Source: a virus
Lineage: Duplodnaviria > Caudoviricetes
Strand: one strand, 5' to 3'
DNA length: 54,107 nt
IMG/VR virus record: IMGVR_UViG_3300009422_000007
Span: 1 to 54,107 of that record
A program made the position numbers and the translations under genes. This document shows, piece after piece, positions 37,570 to 47,029 of this stretch; position 1 is the first letter of the stretch, and every line of letters starts with the position of its first letter. Below the pieces are notes generated by a model. The model worked only from the letters and a program-made list of their open reading frames with translations. It made no database searches and was not told the origin of the DNA.

Positions 37570-40500
37570 TTAAATCCTTTTTGGTAGCGGAACTTGATCT
37601 GTTGTAATAATCTCGATATTATCAGCCGTTGCACTACTAATGAATAGTTCGTTCTCTTCGCATTTGATTTGAAAAATATCACTAACAGCCATATCTGCTT
37701 GCACAGGTACTAAAGCAACACTTGAAACTACACCAGATAGTTGTTGATGTATCCAGGATGCCATGTCTGTAAAATAAAACGTTTCTCCAAATTCCCAGTT
37801 ATCTACAGAAAAGTATTGGTTAATAGATCTAATAACTCTACTTCTAACTTCTGCATTACTTACTTTTGTTCCATCACTCTTTGTAACTCGTATTGTTACT
37901 TGGTCTCTAATATTTGAATTCTCTCCAAATATAACTTTATATTTTATTGGGTGGAATACAATAGTATCACTTACACTTTTAAAAGGAGCAATACTAGACA
38001 TAAAGTCTTCTAGTTCAGATGATGTTACAGGAATTGGCTTGTCATCAAATTCTGTTCCTGTTTCTAACCAGTTTCTAAAATTTGAATCATATTCGTCTGT
38101 TAAAATAAACATGTCAATAATATTAGTAGTTGTTGCATCTACTCTATTCTCTCTTAAAGGAACATGATTATGTTGTATTGTTAAACTCTTACGTCCAGTA
38201 ACATTAATGGATGGACTTGTTACATCATCATCCGCTCTTGGTGAAAGAGTAAACTGTCCTTGTGCGTCATCAAATTCTTTTTCCATTAATTCTATTGTTT
38301 GTGTTACTCCACTAAGTGTAAAAATTAAATTAAACAAATTTGGATTTGTTGGAATTAAATCATCACTAATACCAGGAAGTTGAACTATAACACGTTTAGG
38401 ATCATACCTACCATCATCTAGTGTAAAATATTCTGATACTTCAAGTTCTGCTTTTTTAGTAACACCTGGATTATTAGCACCACTGTTTGAAAGTATTTGT
38501 ACAGTATCTTTAATAACACGTCTAGTTACAGCATCTAATGACTGTCCAAACTTCTGATTATGAAATACTATTTGCTGTTCGCTTCCAAGTACTACAATAT
38601 CACGTCTTGTAGTTAATGTCCACTTATTACCTTCGTTAGCATGTGTTAAACGTAGTAACCAACTTGATCCGTTAACAGAGCCATCATAGATTCCAGTAGT
38701 AATTATTTCATCAGCATTTACAATCTTCCATACATCATTAACATTATCATACTTTAGTCCAAAGTTTCTTTGTGCTTTGAACTCATCAAGTATGTTACGT
38801 TTCTCTCCATCTGTAAACACTACTCTTAAATTTGGCATCCAGTTTACTACATCTTGGTTAGCTGAGATACCTTTTATGAAAATTGCACCTTCTCCGTTTG
38901 CACGTCTACCTGTGTTTATTCCGTCTGGCGATGTTAAGCCAAATCCATCTCTAAACACATCTTGTACTTTATAGTATCCTAAATCTGCTAACTTGACTAA
39001 AGAGTTTTTCTTTAAAGTTCTTATATCTGTTTCAACTGCACTTCTGCCAATTCTTCTAGGAGCAACATCATTTGTAAAGTATCCATGACTTGATCCAATT
39101 GTTGTATCTACTGTTACCCACTTAACTGGTACTGTAGGTGTAATTGGTAAAAATCTACGATAGTATAATTGATGCAATGGACGATATTGCATGCCGTCTA
39201 AAAGCCATTTATAAAGTTTATTTGTTCCTACTGAATCAGATATCTTACTATCTATAGTTGATTCGTTTGTGTATATAAATGCATCATCTGCTAAACTAAT
39301 TACAGGTCTGTATGTTGCAGTTGGATCAGCCAAATCTGCATATAAACTTTGTCCTGTGTGAATTCTGTTTACTGATTTTATTCTTGAAATGCCTGATACT
39401 TTTCCTTGCGGATAGTTATTATAATCATCAGCAGTAATCATTCTGTTTTGACTAGAAGCGGTTCTACTTGCATTATTTCTAATTTCTTCAAGTGACTCGC
39501 TTTCAATACCTGCTAAGTTATTTTTAGGACTAATGTTACAGATTAGTTCTTGTGTTTTACCTAAAGAGTCTACATAAACTAAATTTAAGTTTATTTCTGA
39601 TGTATCGTTCTTTTGTATTAAAAAGTCCTCGTTAGCACTAACTCTAAACCAAATTCTAATTTTACCAGTTGGTATATTACCAAATGATCCGTTACCAAAT
39701 TTAATTGATACTTGGTCGTTTGTTCTTGTAATTACTTCAAATATGTTTCTTGACTCTTTATCAATGTCGTTAAATGCAATGTTACTTCCTACAGCACTTT
39801 GTACTTGCTCCCAACTTGTTAACGGAGTTCCAGTATCATCAACAGTTTGTACCCATATATCACTATCATTGATATTATCTACATTAATATCAATTACTCT
39901 GTTTTCAACTACATTATTAATAGTAACATCTTGGAATAATAATTCTCCTTGCTTACAGTTAAAGAACCAACCATTTGAATCTCCTGCAAAGCCTGTACCA
40001 TCGTTATTAAACATGAGACTCTTTGTATTTTGCGGAGTAGGTGCTCTTTCAAGTAATGCTCCATTTAGTAGTTCTACAGGGATAATATCAAATACATATG
40101 CCTCACCTGACCTACTAGTTAAGGAAACATTCTCTATTAAATTAGAGTCTTCTGTTTCATCAAATTCATAAATTTCTCTTGTTAACGCACCTGATTGAAA
40201 TGTGCTTATTGGTCTTCCAACAGGATTGCTTTTATTAAATGCTTCATTTAATATTAAATTATATTGTTCTTGGAAGTCGCTATTTAAAGGGTCAGCCCAT
40301 ACAATGCTCTCGCCTGCTAAGTTTACTCCTCTACTGTCGTAAATTTCTTGTGAGGATGCAATACTATTAATTCTTAAAAAGCCTTCTGCTGTTTTATTTC
40401 TATGAGGCTTATAACCAATTTGTCTAGCAATAGATAATACGTTTTCTCTTACTTCAGCAGTTTCTAAGAAAGTTTCTCTTAAATTTAAATCTGATCTAAA

Positions 40501-40728
40501 TGCTAAATTTTGTCCTAAAAAAGAAATTAAATCAACAAGTGCAACATACTCACTACTGTTAATAAAGTCATTAAAGTCTTCTCCGTAGTTTACTTGTATG
40601 TGGTTTAGTAATGCTTCACGCAATGACTCAAAGTCATATGCTTTGAAATCTGCGTTAACTAAATTTCTATAATTATTAAGCCAACTCTCTGCGGCGTTTA
40701 ATTGACTAAGACGCTTTGTCTGGCTCAT
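37570..40728 (-). CDS. gp6: baseplate wedge subunit, T4 gp6-like
   Basis: DF..YDFE.LR, DF..SSE..AL, E.FLETA..R..V...A...GY.P, ES.EEIR.NA....QNRMITADDY. Confidence 0.85.
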   Translation of the reverse strand: MSQTKRLSQLNAAESWLNNYRNLVNADFKAYDFESLREALLNHIQVNYGEDFNDFINSSEYVALVDLISFLGQNLAFRSDLNLRETFLETAEVRENVLSIARQIGYKPHRNKTAEGFLRINSIASSQEIYDSRGVNLAGESIVWADPLNSDFQEQYNLILNEAFNKSNPVGRPISTFQSGALTREIYEFDETEDSNLIENVSLTSRSGEAYVFDIIPVELLNGALLERAPTPQNTKSLMFNNDGTGFAGDSNGWFFNCKQGELLFQDVTINNVVENRVIDINVDNINDSDIWVQTVDDTGTPLTSWEQVQSAVGSNIAFNDIDKESRNIFEVITRTNDQVSIKFGNGSFGNIPTGKIRIWFRVSANEDFLIQKNDTSEINLNLVYVDSLGKTQELICNISPKNNLAGIESESLEEIRNNASRTASSQNRMITADDYNNYPQGKVSGISRIKSVNRIHTGQSLYADLADPTATYRPVISLADDAFIYTNESTIDSKISDSVGTNKLYKWLLDGMQYRPLHQLYYRRFLPITPTVPVKWVTVDTTIGSSHGYFTNDVAPRRIGRSAVETDIRTLKKNSLVKLADLGYYKVQDVFRDGFGLTSPDGINTGRRANGEGAIFIKGISANQDVVNWMPNLRVVFTDGEKRNILDEFKAQRNFGLKYDNVNDVWKIVNADEIITTGIYDGSVNGSSWLLRLTHANEGNKWTLTTRRDIVVLGSEQQIVFHNQKFGQSLDAVTRRVIKDTVQILSNSGANNPGVTKKAELEVSEYFTLDDGRYDPKRVIVQLPGISDDLIPTNPNLFNLIFTLSGVTQTIELMEKEFDDAQGQFTLSPRADDDVTSPSINVTGRKSLTIQHNHVPLRENRVDATTTNIIDMFILTDEYDSNFRNWLETGTEFDDKPIPVTSSELEDFMSSIAPFKSVSDTIVFHPIKYKVIFGENSNIRDQVTIRVTKSDGTKVSNAEVRSRVIRSINQYFSVDNWEFGETFYFTDMASWIHQQLSGVVSSVALVPVQADMAVSDIFQIKCEENELFISSATADNIEIITTDQVPLPKRI

Positions 40729-41102
40729 TAAAATTCTCCCTTGTCAAATTCCAGAGGAAGTGTTGTTACTTCATTTTCTGGACGGTATATTAGTGTTACA
40801 TCAACAGTAACTGAATGTTCGCTATCTAGTGTATTTACTTCTACAAATTCCCATCTAGGGTCTTCGGAAATAATCCTGACAACATCATTTCTAATTAATG
40901 CTCTTGTGTTATCGTCTAAAGGATCAAAAAGTAATTCCCATATAATACTACCATGTGACGGTAACATAATACGTTCACCTAATTTTGTACCAAACTGATT
41001 TAATAAATCTCGTTTAGCTAAGTCAAAATCTGTTAACACTGGTTTTGAAAAACTAGTGCCTATCGTACTGTATCCTTTGTATTTTGTTGTCAATGTAGTC
41101 AT
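40728..41102 (-). CDS. gp25: baseplate wedge subunit, gp25-like
   Basis: DL.N.F.T..GER.M.P..GS.IW..LFDP....I..DPR. Confidence 0.9.
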   Translation of the reverse strand: MTTLTTKYKGYSTIGTSFSKPVLTDFDLAKRDLLNQFGTKLGERIMLPSHGSIIWELLFDPLDDNTRALIRNDVVRIISEDPRWEFVEVNTLDSEHSVTVDVTLIYRPENEVTTLPLEFDKGEF

Positions 41103-41141
41103 AACTATATTTAGCCAGCTTATTATACTGGGTTATTACTC

Positions 41142-43325
41142 CTATGCTGTTGTAGGTGCATTTGGTGGATTGTTTTCATCTGTATGTGGATTTCCGTGTT
41201 TATTTTGTAGAGATGCAACCTGCGTTACAGAAGATCCCGGAGGAATCTTTCCTATATTTAAAAAGAAACTTCTTTCAAATTGTGCTCGTTGCAGTTTATT
41301 AGGAGGAAGATATTTTGACTGTAATCTTTTACCTGTTTGTGGTCCATTTCCTAGTTCAGTTTTCCACTGATCGTTTTGTGGCTGACGCAATCTTTGTTTC
41401 ATAAAGCTCTTTGTATCAGCATTAACTCCCTCTGTCATTAATTCGCTTGCAGACTTCTTAGCACCTTGTACTTCTCCGGTCATTGCATACTTTGCTTCTG
41501 CGTTACGTTGAGAACCGTTTGGAGTATAATGCGAGTTTGCCCATATAGTAGCAATGTCTTTATGTTGTGGTCTACCATCGCCGCTTGCTTTTCCGCTATC
41601 AACTAATGCATCTGCCATTCTGTAAGCCTTACTTGGATTTCCAAATGAAGCCATGCATAACGCATCAAACATTGTTTGCGTAATACAAACAGTATCATTT
41701 CCAATACGTTTAATAATTCTCTGTCTTAGAGGAGGTGTTATATGTCTATCAATAATTTGTCTACTTGCAATTCTTGCTTCTGCTTCACTAGGTCCATTGA
41801 CTAATGCTTGTTTTATACTTCCGTCTAGTTTACTTGCTGGATTTTGCGGTCCCCAAATATCTATCCTAGTTCCATACCCAATGCTATAACCTTGAAAGTC
41901 TGCATACATTATTCCTCTATATGCTTCTCTACTTTTCATCATATCAAATGCTTTGTCACTCATTACTGCACCTTTTATACTTAAAGCAGGCATACACGAA
42001 ACAGCATCAGCAGAAACTAAAATTCCTGTTTGTTGTGATACTAATTCACCTTCTGCATTTTCTACAGGTTCTAATGTTTCATAACTTTCTGGTGCTGGTG
42101 CTACTGTTGGATTACCTGGTATACTGGCAAGAACTGCTGTTGGAGATTCAGGACTTAATGTTCCAACTGGTAGAGATATTTCTTCCCCTCCCTCAAACTT
42201 TCCATGTCCTGCCCACGGCTCGTGTTCTGGCACTCTAGCAGAAACACTTTCTCCTACTAGTTCATTAACAATATGATTATGTACTTCAGGCTTTGATGCT
42301 TTTCCTGCTACAGGCCCGTTCATATCAATTCTTGTAGCAGTTTCTTTATATGTTGCCGCAACATTAACGTCCATATTAGTAGCAGACGTTTCAAACAAAC
42401 CTTTGGCGGCTGTTACATTATAACTCTCTCCTGTTTCAAATCTAGTATGTTCTTTAGACTTAACATTAATGTCCTTTACTGCTTCTACATTTATATTCTT
42501 ACCGGCATGCATGTTAATATTTTCTTCAGCATGTAAAGAGATATCTTTCTTTGAGTATAAATCAATATTACCTTCCTCGTCCATCTCAATCCAAGCAGTA
42601 CCTGTTGCATTAATAATATTAATATAGCCACCTTCTTCATGCATTTGTATTTGATGTCCTGAAGAAGTACGAAGACGTATTTGTCCATCTAATCCTTCCT
42701 CTCCGTCATCTAACATAAAGCTATGTTGATTTGGACTTAATATCCCATACACTAAACCAGGATGTGTTTTGTTATCTCTAAATGGTCCTGCGTTAGATTG
42801 TCCTCTTCGTAAATCTTTGTCTATGCCTTGCTCGCTTAATCTAAAACTAGTAGGGTGTTCTGGCCTACGCATAATATTTTTATCTGCTGTATTAAATCTA
42901 TTTCTATCACCAATAGGTTTAACTAATCCTTCGTGTGTGGATCCTGATGCTACACCTGGTAATGCATGTGTCTTGTCATCATGTGGCATACAAGCCCACC
43001 ATACTCCTAAGTTTTTATCTCCGTTAATAAAAGAACATATTACCCAAACATTTAAATCTGGCGGAACATGCCATATACCATAAGCTCTATCTGTTTCTTC
43101 AAAAGCTGTAGCACTCTTTGATGGTTTTTCTGCTTGGTGATTTGATGATCCTGCAAACGGAGGACAGTACTTGACTTTTCTCCATGACTGAGGTTTATCC
43201 TCATCACCTAAGAACTCTTTTATGTAGACTTGCAAAACACCCATGCCATAAGGATCAGTATTGTCTTTAACTTTACCTAAGTACACTCCTGTTAAATTGT
43301 CACCGTCACTAAAAGGATTTGCCAT
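41142..43325 (-). CDS. gp5: baseplate hub/spike gp5-like protein with C-terminal lysozyme-like domain
   Basis: N-terminal OB fold (G.V.DN.DP..MG.L.V; YG.W.VPPD), beta-helix repeats, RVP.HEPW.GH, then REAY....YAD..GYSIGYG...TQ.MFDAL (GH24-like). Confidence 0.75.
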   Translation of the reverse strand: MANPFSDGDNLTGVYLGKVKDNTDPYGMGVLQVYIKEFLGDEDKPQSWRKVKYCPPFAGSSNHQAEKPSKSATAFEETDRAYGIWHVPPDLNVWVICSFINGDKNLGVWWACMPHDDKTHALPGVASGSTHEGLVKPIGDRNRFNTADKNIMRRPEHPTSFRLSEQGIDKDLRRGQSNAGPFRDNKTHPGLVYGILSPNQHSFMLDDGEEGLDGQIRLRTSSGHQIQMHEEGGYINIINATGTAWIEMDEEGNIDLYSKKDISLHAEENINMHAGKNINVEAVKDINVKSKEHTRFETGESYNVTAAKGLFETSATNMDVNVAATYKETATRIDMNGPVAGKASKPEVHNHIVNELVGESVSARVPEHEPWAGHGKFEGGEEISLPVGTLSPESPTAVLASIPGNPTVAPAPESYETLEPVENAEGELVSQQTGILVSADAVSCMPALSIKGAVMSDKAFDMMKSREAYRGIMYADFQGYSIGYGTRIDIWGPQNPASKLDGSIKQALVNGPSEAEARIASRQIIDRHITPPLRQRIIKRIGNDTVCITQTMFDALCMASFGNPSKAYRMADALVDSGKASGDGRPQHKDIATIWANSHYTPNGSQRNAEAKYAMTGEVQGAKKSASELMTEGVNADTKSFMKQRLRQPQNDQWKTELGNGPQTGKRLQSKYLPPNKLQRAQFERSFFLNIGKIPPGSSVTQVASLQNKHGNPHTDENNPPNAPTTA

Positions 43326-45391
43326 TATGATTTTGCTCCTTGCTTCTTATTTTGTGTCTTTGCTTGATTACCTTTTGCTACTTTTGTAAATGAAGCAAAT
43401 ATTTCATTGCTTGCTTTCTTCTTTTGCATTGCTTCTTTTGCTTTCTGTCCTAGAAGCTGATCCTTAGTTCCATTTAACTTTGATGTAAACTTTCCACCTG
43501 CAAACGTATGTACTACAGAGAAAATTCTGTATACTCCTGTTATTGAATCATCGCCATCTATATCCATTAAGTCTTGGTCGTTTCTATCATTGCTAGGTAC
43601 TTGTACTTCTAAATATATTGTATTGTCTACATTATGCCCTGCTGTTTCTTCTAAGTATTGTTTTATTGACTCTTTATAGTTTCCTAAGTTTTTTATATAA
43701 AATTCAACATTATCTGATACTGGTCCAGGGCCTTTTGCTCCTGCAGGTATCTGATGTAACCAATAAGGATCGCCTAGTACATCTAGTTCTATTGTTTGTA
43801 AATCACCACTTCCTGTACTAGCACCAGCATGTAATTGTTTAAAAATATACTTTGATGCAAATTCTGGCTTCTTACTATCTGATTGTGTTACTTTTTCTTT
43901 ACCTTGTGTATTAACAGGAGTAAACCTAGGCTGGTATCTATTACTGCTATCTTGTTGCTCTTTATTAACATCTTCCTCTGACATAGTTTCAGCAAATCTA
44001 AATTTATTATTTCCTGGACTAGCCACTCCTGCACTAGTAATTTTAGTACTAGCATCTGGTTTTGTTTGCGATTGCTGTTGAGCATACGTCATTGCTTGGT
44101 CACTTATAATTGGTAAAGGAACTCTCCAAAGATTATTAAACTTTAAGTCTACACTAAGTATTTCAGTATTTTCACCTGTATAAATCCATTTATATGCTTT
44201 TCTTATTATGCCGTTTTCAATATAATCATCAAGTCTAGCTGATACTGTATCAATAGATGCTGTATCTAATAACTCTATAGGAGAAATAATAGGTTTAGGA
44301 TTAGGCCTAGCACCAATGAATATTTGTACATCTACTGCCTTTTTCTTACGTTTCTCATCATATGAATCTCCAGATTGTGTAGTAACTCCAGTAACAATCA
44401 TTAATGTTTTGTTTAATTTTTTAATAGAGCCTTTCTTTGGATCAACTTTTCCTTTTGGCCAAGCATCGTTAACTAAAAAGTTTACAAGCTCAGGAGATGT
44501 ACCAAACATTTGATGTACAAAGCCTTGTACTGTTTCGCCTGGTGCTAGTGCAATATTACCATCTGTAAATAAACTACTGAAGAATCCTTCTTCTTTTGTT
44601 GGAATCTTAGATGAAGCAAAGTCAAACTTTAAACCTAGTAGTGTTGGGCAAACAAAAAATTTATAAGTGTCTGCTTTCTGTTGTGTATTCTTTTCAACTA
44701 GTTCTTTTTGATACTCGTTTAATCCTTTTTCTAATCTATTAACCAAACCTCTGATATTGTTTTGTCCACTTGCGTCATTGTCTTTACTAACCTGTACACC
44801 TTTTTCTATTTGCAGGTGTTCTGTATTACTTGACGCTCCTAAGTTTGTAACTAATTGCATATTGTATGTTGAGCCTCTAAGATCTAATTTCATTTCTAAG
44901 TCAGTTAATGTAACAAACCATTTGTAGATCATTTCGTTCTCATTGGCATCTAAACAAACTACTGGATAGTCAGTTTCACCTACATATCCTTTAAAGTTTA
45001 TCTCTAAAAGATAAAGTGCTTCTGCTGTATTTTGATAGTTAAATGCTCGACCTGCTCTAGCAATCATCTCTGGAAACTTTCCTCCAATAGGTTCGTTTGC
45101 TACTAATTTAAAAGTATGATCGATTGCTGACATATAAAACTCTCCTGGGTGTCCAGGATTTGCTGTTGTAATTTCAAGTGACTCTGTAACAACTGAACCA
45201 ACTTGTGCTGTATCTATTAACGTAATACCTGCTTTATGATCCCACTCTCTTTCAGCTTCTTTCATAGTCAGAAGCTCTCCTGGCATCATTGTAAGTATTA
45301 TATTGTAAGTGACACTTCGGTATTGTAGTAAGGCGTTATCGCCAACTTCGCTTGCAATTTTTGGCGGTGGTGACTTGATATCATTAGCCAT
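43325..45391 (-). CDS. baseplate hub protein (gp27-like position)
   Basis: Y.W.YTG.N.EIL, L.V.GDPYWL, G.Y....V.H.F.GG.F motifs; lies between gp53-like and gp5-like genes. Confidence 0.6.
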   Translation of the reverse strand: MANDIKSPPPKIASEVGDNALLQYRSVTYNIILTMMPGELLTMKEAEREWDHKAGITLIDTAQVGSVVTESLEITTANPGHPGEFYMSAIDHTFKLVANEPIGGKFPEMIARAGRAFNYQNTAEALYLLEINFKGYVGETDYPVVCLDANENEMIYKWFVTLTDLEMKLDLRGSTYNMQLVTNLGASSNTEHLQIEKGVQVSKDNDASGQNNIRGLVNRLEKGLNEYQKELVEKNTQQKADTYKFFVCPTLLGLKFDFASSKIPTKEEGFFSSLFTDGNIALAPGETVQGFVHQMFGTSPELVNFLVNDAWPKGKVDPKKGSIKKLNKTLMIVTGVTTQSGDSYDEKRKKKAVDVQIFIGARPNPKPIISPIELLDTASIDTVSARLDDYIENGIIRKAYKWIYTGENTEILSVDLKFNNLWRVPLPIISDQAMTYAQQQSQTKPDASTKITSAGVASPGNNKFRFAETMSEEDVNKEQQDSSNRYQPRFTPVNTQGKEKVTQSDSKKPEFASKYIFKQLHAGASTGSGDLQTIELDVLGDPYWLHQIPAGAKGPGPVSDNVEFYIKNLGNYKESIKQYLEETAGHNVDNTIYLEVQVPSNDRNDQDLMDIDGDDSITGVYRIFSVVHTFAGGKFTSKLNGTKDQLLGQKAKEAMQKKKASNEIFASFTKVAKGNQAKTQNKKQGAKS

Positions 45392-45392
45392 A

Positions 45393-45683
45393 TTAAACTC
45401 CAGATGTGCTGGTGAGGACTTCGAGTACTAACCCAGCCTTTAAATCTCTAATAGGATCTGTAAGTGCATTCCTATTAAGCATTGCAATAGTCCACCAATA
45501 TTTACTGTTTCCATATAAATCAAAACTTAGTTTGTCTGGCCTATGTGCTTGGGCTGGTGTTACTATATGTTGTTTTGTTTCTGTTCCTGTTGCAACTAAA
45601 TCATTAACAGTCTTAGGTTTATAAATGTCTAAGAAGAAATCTTTAATTTCTGTAGTTCCGTAATGTGCCTTTCCTGTTGCCAT
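45393..45683 (-). CDS. gp53: baseplate wedge gp53-like (LysM-like) protein
   Basis: HRPD.LSFDLYG.SKYWW.IA..N...DPI.D..AG. Confidence 0.8.
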   Translation of the reverse strand: MATGKAHYGTTEIKDFFLDIYKPKTVNDLVATGTETKQHIVTPAQAHRPDKLSFDLYGNSKYWWTIAMLNRNALTDPIRDLKAGLVLEVLTSTSGV

Positions 45684-46279
45684 TAGATGTATCCTTTTTG
45701 TAATAACTTACCTGATGCAAAATCTTCTAGTTTAAAATCTTTAACTACCTCAAGCGGTGTAAGTTGAACAAGCAATGTTACACTAATATCAAATAATACA
45801 GGGACAGTTTGAAATCCATCTGCCATGCCTACTGTAATGTAATCAACATCTTGCGGATAGTCATAGTTAAACGATTGCACTACTACAGGCGTATCGTTGT
45901 ATAAACCATAAGCATTTAATCTACCAATTGGAGGAGGAGTTCCTCTTACTTTTTTGTCTTCTCTTCTACCATAGAACATCATTGTTGCTGTTCTTAGCAA
46001 GTGAATTGCATTTAATGTTTTACGACCTTCTTCTTCATCTCTACTAACAAACGGTCCAGTAATTGATATAGTTGGAACTTTTCTACTACCAAATGCACTT
46101 GGCTGATAGTTTGTATGTTGCAAGTCAATAGTATTATAATTAACTTCAATTCCTTGAGTTACTCGAGGTGTATACTCCCATTCTATGGTATTTGTATTGA
46201 AGGCACCAGGCTTTGCCTCTACTACTTCTGGAGTCAATGCTTTAAAGGAAACTCTTACCTTGTCTGCTACTTGTGCCAT
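45683..46279 (-). CDS. tail tube initiator / baseplate (gp48/gp54-like) protein
   Basis: YTP, HTNY, GTPPP...LNAYG, PVVV..F..DYP.DVDYI. Confidence 0.6.
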   Translation of the reverse strand: MAQVADKVRVSFKALTPEVVEAKPGAFNTNTIEWEYTPRVTQGIEVNYNTIDLQHTNYQPSAFGSRKVPTISITGPFVSRDEEEGRKTLNAIHLLRTATMMFYGRREDKKVRGTPPPIGRLNAYGLYNDTPVVVQSFNYDYPQDVDYITVGMADGFQTVPVLFDISVTLLVQLTPLEVVKDFKLEDFASGKLLQKGYI

Positions 46280-46280
46280 A

Positions 46281-46931
46281 TTATCCTAATCTCCTGCTAA
46301 AAATAGCAAGTATCTTTTGTATTGTACCATCGTCGGCGTTTGGGTATAAATCTTTTATAATTTGTTCTTGTTCTTCGCTACTTGCACCTGCAAACATATT
46401 TCTAATCTCTGATGCACTTCCTGCTGTCTTACCTGCAACAGTAAATTTATAATCCTTTACTGGGTAAATGTACCCATGTCCTGGACGTTCTGTTCCTTCA
46501 CCTTTGTCATTAGTATAAGGTTTCATGTTACCACCTGTATACTTCTGAAAATAAGATGCTTGACCACTTTTTAATGGTGTAAACTGAAATCTAGGATCTT
46601 CTGCCATATCCTTTGAACCTACACCAAAAACCATTACATCAGTATTAGGATCAAGACCAAGTGCGTTTGGAAGTGCTGTTGGGTTGTAAGGTGATCGTTC
46701 TTCAATAACATTACCAGGATTAACACCAGATGCTTGCATCATTAATTTCTTTTCACTAAAGCTAAATGGGCTCTTTTCCGGCTCTACTTTACCGCTAGAC
46801 GCTATATAAGTATTGTTAATGCCAAACTTAGTTGACAATTCTTTATATGCAGAAGCATGCCCATGATGGAACGGATGAAACCTTCCGGCATAGATGGCAA
46901 TTACTCGAGCTTGCAAATCGCTAATTTTCAT
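46281..46931 (-). CDS. cytidylyltransferase-like (HxGH) nucleotidyltransferase
   Basis: YAGRFHPFHHGH, SPF.F.EK, G.KD, SASEIR. Confidence 0.8.
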   Translation of the reverse strand: MKISDLQARVIAIYAGRFHPFHHGHASAYKELSTKFGINNTYIASSGKVEPEKSPFSFSEKKLMMQASGVNPGNVIEERSPYNPTALPNALGLDPNTDVMVFGVGSKDMAEDPRFQFTPLKSGQASYFQKYTGGNMKPYTNDKGEGTERPGHGYIYPVKDYKFTVAGKTAGSASEIRNMFAGASSEEQEQIIKDLYPNADDGTIQKILAIFSRRLG

Positions 46932-46950
46932 GTTATAATATCTCCAACTA

Positions 46951-46956
46951 TATTTA
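46951..46956 (-). promoter_or_regulatory. late promoter core TAAATA heading the baseplate operon (representative of a recurring motif)
   Basis: Same hexamer in intergenic DNA before genes at + 167, 858, 1333, 9368, 9983, 11593, 53783/53812 and - 9334, 25791, 27961, 28603, 41108; TATAAGTA variants at + 6851 and - 53818. Resembles the T4 gp55 promoter TATAAATA. Confidence 0.75.
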
Positions 46957-46985
46957 CCGTTTTAATAAAGTGGGTACATAACCAG

Positions 46986-47014
46986 TTGACATTAGCTTTA
47001 AAGTCTGCTATACT
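46986..47014 (+). promoter_or_regulatory. sigma70-type promoter for gp55
   Basis: TTGACA-N17-TATACT with extended TG. Confidence 0.8.
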
Positions 47015-47029
47015 AATTAAAATAAGGAA

